Positions 61,489 to 64,000 of a stretch of DNA of 64,000 nt are shown here, piece after piece; the stretch's first letter is position 1, and each line of letters opens with the position of its first letter. A model generated the notes under the pieces. The model worked only from the letters and a program-made list of their open reading frames with translations, did no database searches and was not told where the DNA came from. Location of the stretch: the NCBI GenBank assembly GCA_963848295.1, contig CAWKDB010000011.1, forward strand, positions 512,001 to 576,000, written 5' to 3'. The DNA comes from an uncultured delta proteobacterium. GTDB taxonomy: Bacteria; Myxococcota_A; Polyangia; Haliangiales; Haliangiaceae. The translations under genes and the position numbers were made by a program.

Positions 61489-61866
61489 ATGCTGACGGCG
61501 GAACAAACCAACTCCTTGCGTGACGCGCTGAAGGCAGACATCTCCCGGCTCGCCGACCACGCACACCGAGCGGTCGAGTTCACGATGGACCGCGATCGCG
61601 ACCGGATCGGCCGCGACTCGATGGACGAAGCAACCGAAGAAGAGGTCTATTCGACCCAGCTCCGGCTCCACGATCGCGAGAACTTCTTGCTCGAGAAGAT
61701 CCGCGAGGCGATGCGCCGGCTCGAGGCAGGCGAGATCGACGAGTGCGAGGAATGCTCGGAGCCGATCGGGTTCAAACGGTTGATGGCCCGCCCGGTCACG
61801 ACGCTGTGCTTCGAGTGCAAGACCGCCCGCGAGCAGGTCGAGGCCGACGAGTCTCCAGAGCCGTAG
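61489..61866 (+). CDS. DksA/TraR-family C4 zinc-finger transcription factor
   Basis: Coiled-coil tip DSMDEA (DxxDxA), CEEC..IGFKRL.ARP.TTLCFEC. Confidence 0.93.
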   Translation: MLTAEQTNSLRDALKADISRLADHAHRAVEFTMDRDRDRIGRDSMDEATEEEVYSTQLRLHDRENFLLEKIREAMRRLEAGEIDECEECSEPIGFKRLMARPVTTLCFECKTAREQVEADESPEP

Positions 61867-61930
61867 AACGCGTTGCGGGCGCGAACCAGCCCCCGTCAGG
61901 ACGTGCGCCCAGCCGATGGCTGCCCGGTTT

Positions 61931-61960
61931 TTGCTAGCTCTCGGTAACCTCTGGTACAAT
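61931..61960 (+). promoter_or_regulatory. Extended -10 promoter of the kinase gene
   Basis: TTGCTA-18 nt-TACAAT with TG at the extended position, 14 nt before the ATG at 61975. Confidence 0.65.
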
Positions 61961-61974
61961 CGAGCGGTTCGGGG

Positions 61975-63324
<1,350 letters not shown>

Positions 63325-63330
63325 CGCGCG

Positions 63331-64000
63331 CTACTTCTTCATCGCGGCGAGCTCTTTGAACAGATCGCTATTCGGTGCGAGCGCGCCGAGCTTGCCGATC
63401 GCGTCCGCGAGCACGGCCTTGTTGCCGGCCTTCGCCGCGGCCTTGCCGACCGCGTCCCAGCCGTCGATGTAGTCCGGGTTGTACATGACCGACTTCTGCG
63501 CGAGCTCGAGCGCCTTGTTCGGCTTGCGATCGCGGATCAGCTCGGCGGCGAACACGTAGGCGACGTACAGGGTCGGATCCTGTTCGCGCACGAGGTCGAA
63601 GCCGTCGAGCGCGGTCGGATCGTCCTTGCGGAAGTACGCCGAGCCCGCGAGGCCGAAGCTCGCGAGCGCCTTGCTGCGATCGGAGGCGTGTGCGGCCTCG
63701 AAACCGTCGCGCGCGGCTTTGAAGGCGGCCTCCGCCTCGGGGATCTTGTTGTCGTCGAGCAACAACTTGCCGGCGATGATCTGCGCGAGTGGCAGGCCTT
63801 TGAGGCGATCCGGGGCGAGCTTCTCGAGCTTCTCGACGAGCGGACGCTGCGAGTCGTCGGCGGTCGCGGTATCGGCGGCGAGCACCCAGGTGTCTTCGTC
63901 GGTGCCGCAGGTCTCGAGCGCCCGCGCGAGCGCCGAGCCAGCGCCGGCAAAGTCGTTCTTGCGCAGCGCGAGCCGGCCGCGTTCGCGATCGAGCTTCCAC
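63331..64000 (-). CDS. TPR-repeat protein, C-terminal part (start outside window)
   Basis: Frame open from 63999 (WKLDRERGRLAL...) to TAG at 63331; TPR-like helical repeats. Confidence 0.8.
   Translation of the reverse strand, partial: WKLDRERGRLALRKNDFAGAGSALARALETCGTDEDTWVLAADTATADDSQRPLVEKLEKLAPDRLKGLPLAQIIAGKLLLDDNKIPEAEAAFKAARDGFEAAHASDRSKALASFGLAGSAYFRKDDPTALDGFDLVREQDPTLYVAYVFAAELIRDRKPNKALELAQKSVMYNPDYIDGWDAVGKAAAKAGNKAVLADAIGKLGALAPNSDLFKELAAMKK

Overview
Very high-GC bacterial chromosomal DNA, most likely Myxococcota (inferred from several eukaryote-like Ser/Thr kinases, TPR-PEGA proteins, Cys-rich lipoproteins and deltaproteobacterial-type ribosomal proteins). The minus strand carries the core translation/transcription cluster: five tRNAs, secE-nusG-rplKAJL-rpoBC, then rpsL-rpsG-fusA-tuf and the S10, spc and alpha operons to rplQ. 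The cluster departs from the usual layout. rplC, adk, infA, rpmG and the tRNA-linked tuf copy are absent. The str-operon EF-G is divergent, and EF-Tu, uL5, uL29 and NusG carry low-complexity extensions. About 14 kb of accessory genes lie between rpoC and rpsL, including two paralogous, translationally coupled [FG-GAP lipoprotein -> TPR-PEGA protein] pairs interleaved with Ser/Thr kinases. The left end holds a compact, strongly divergent type III export-gate locus (fliO/P/Q/R-like genes facing an flhB-like gene). Its NPTH autocleavage motif, Met gasket and Gln belt all appear lost, which makes it the best candidate for an unusual system. The right end holds a tandem double Ddl-like ATP-grasp ligase, a histidine kinase, a HEAT-repeat protein, a DksA/TraR protein and another kinase. 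Ten single-base indels disrupt eight essential genes, all between 15.2 and 20.6 kb; these are most likely local sequencing errors. No rRNA, CRISPR array or transposase was seen. All family calls come from reading motifs by eye; no database search was run.
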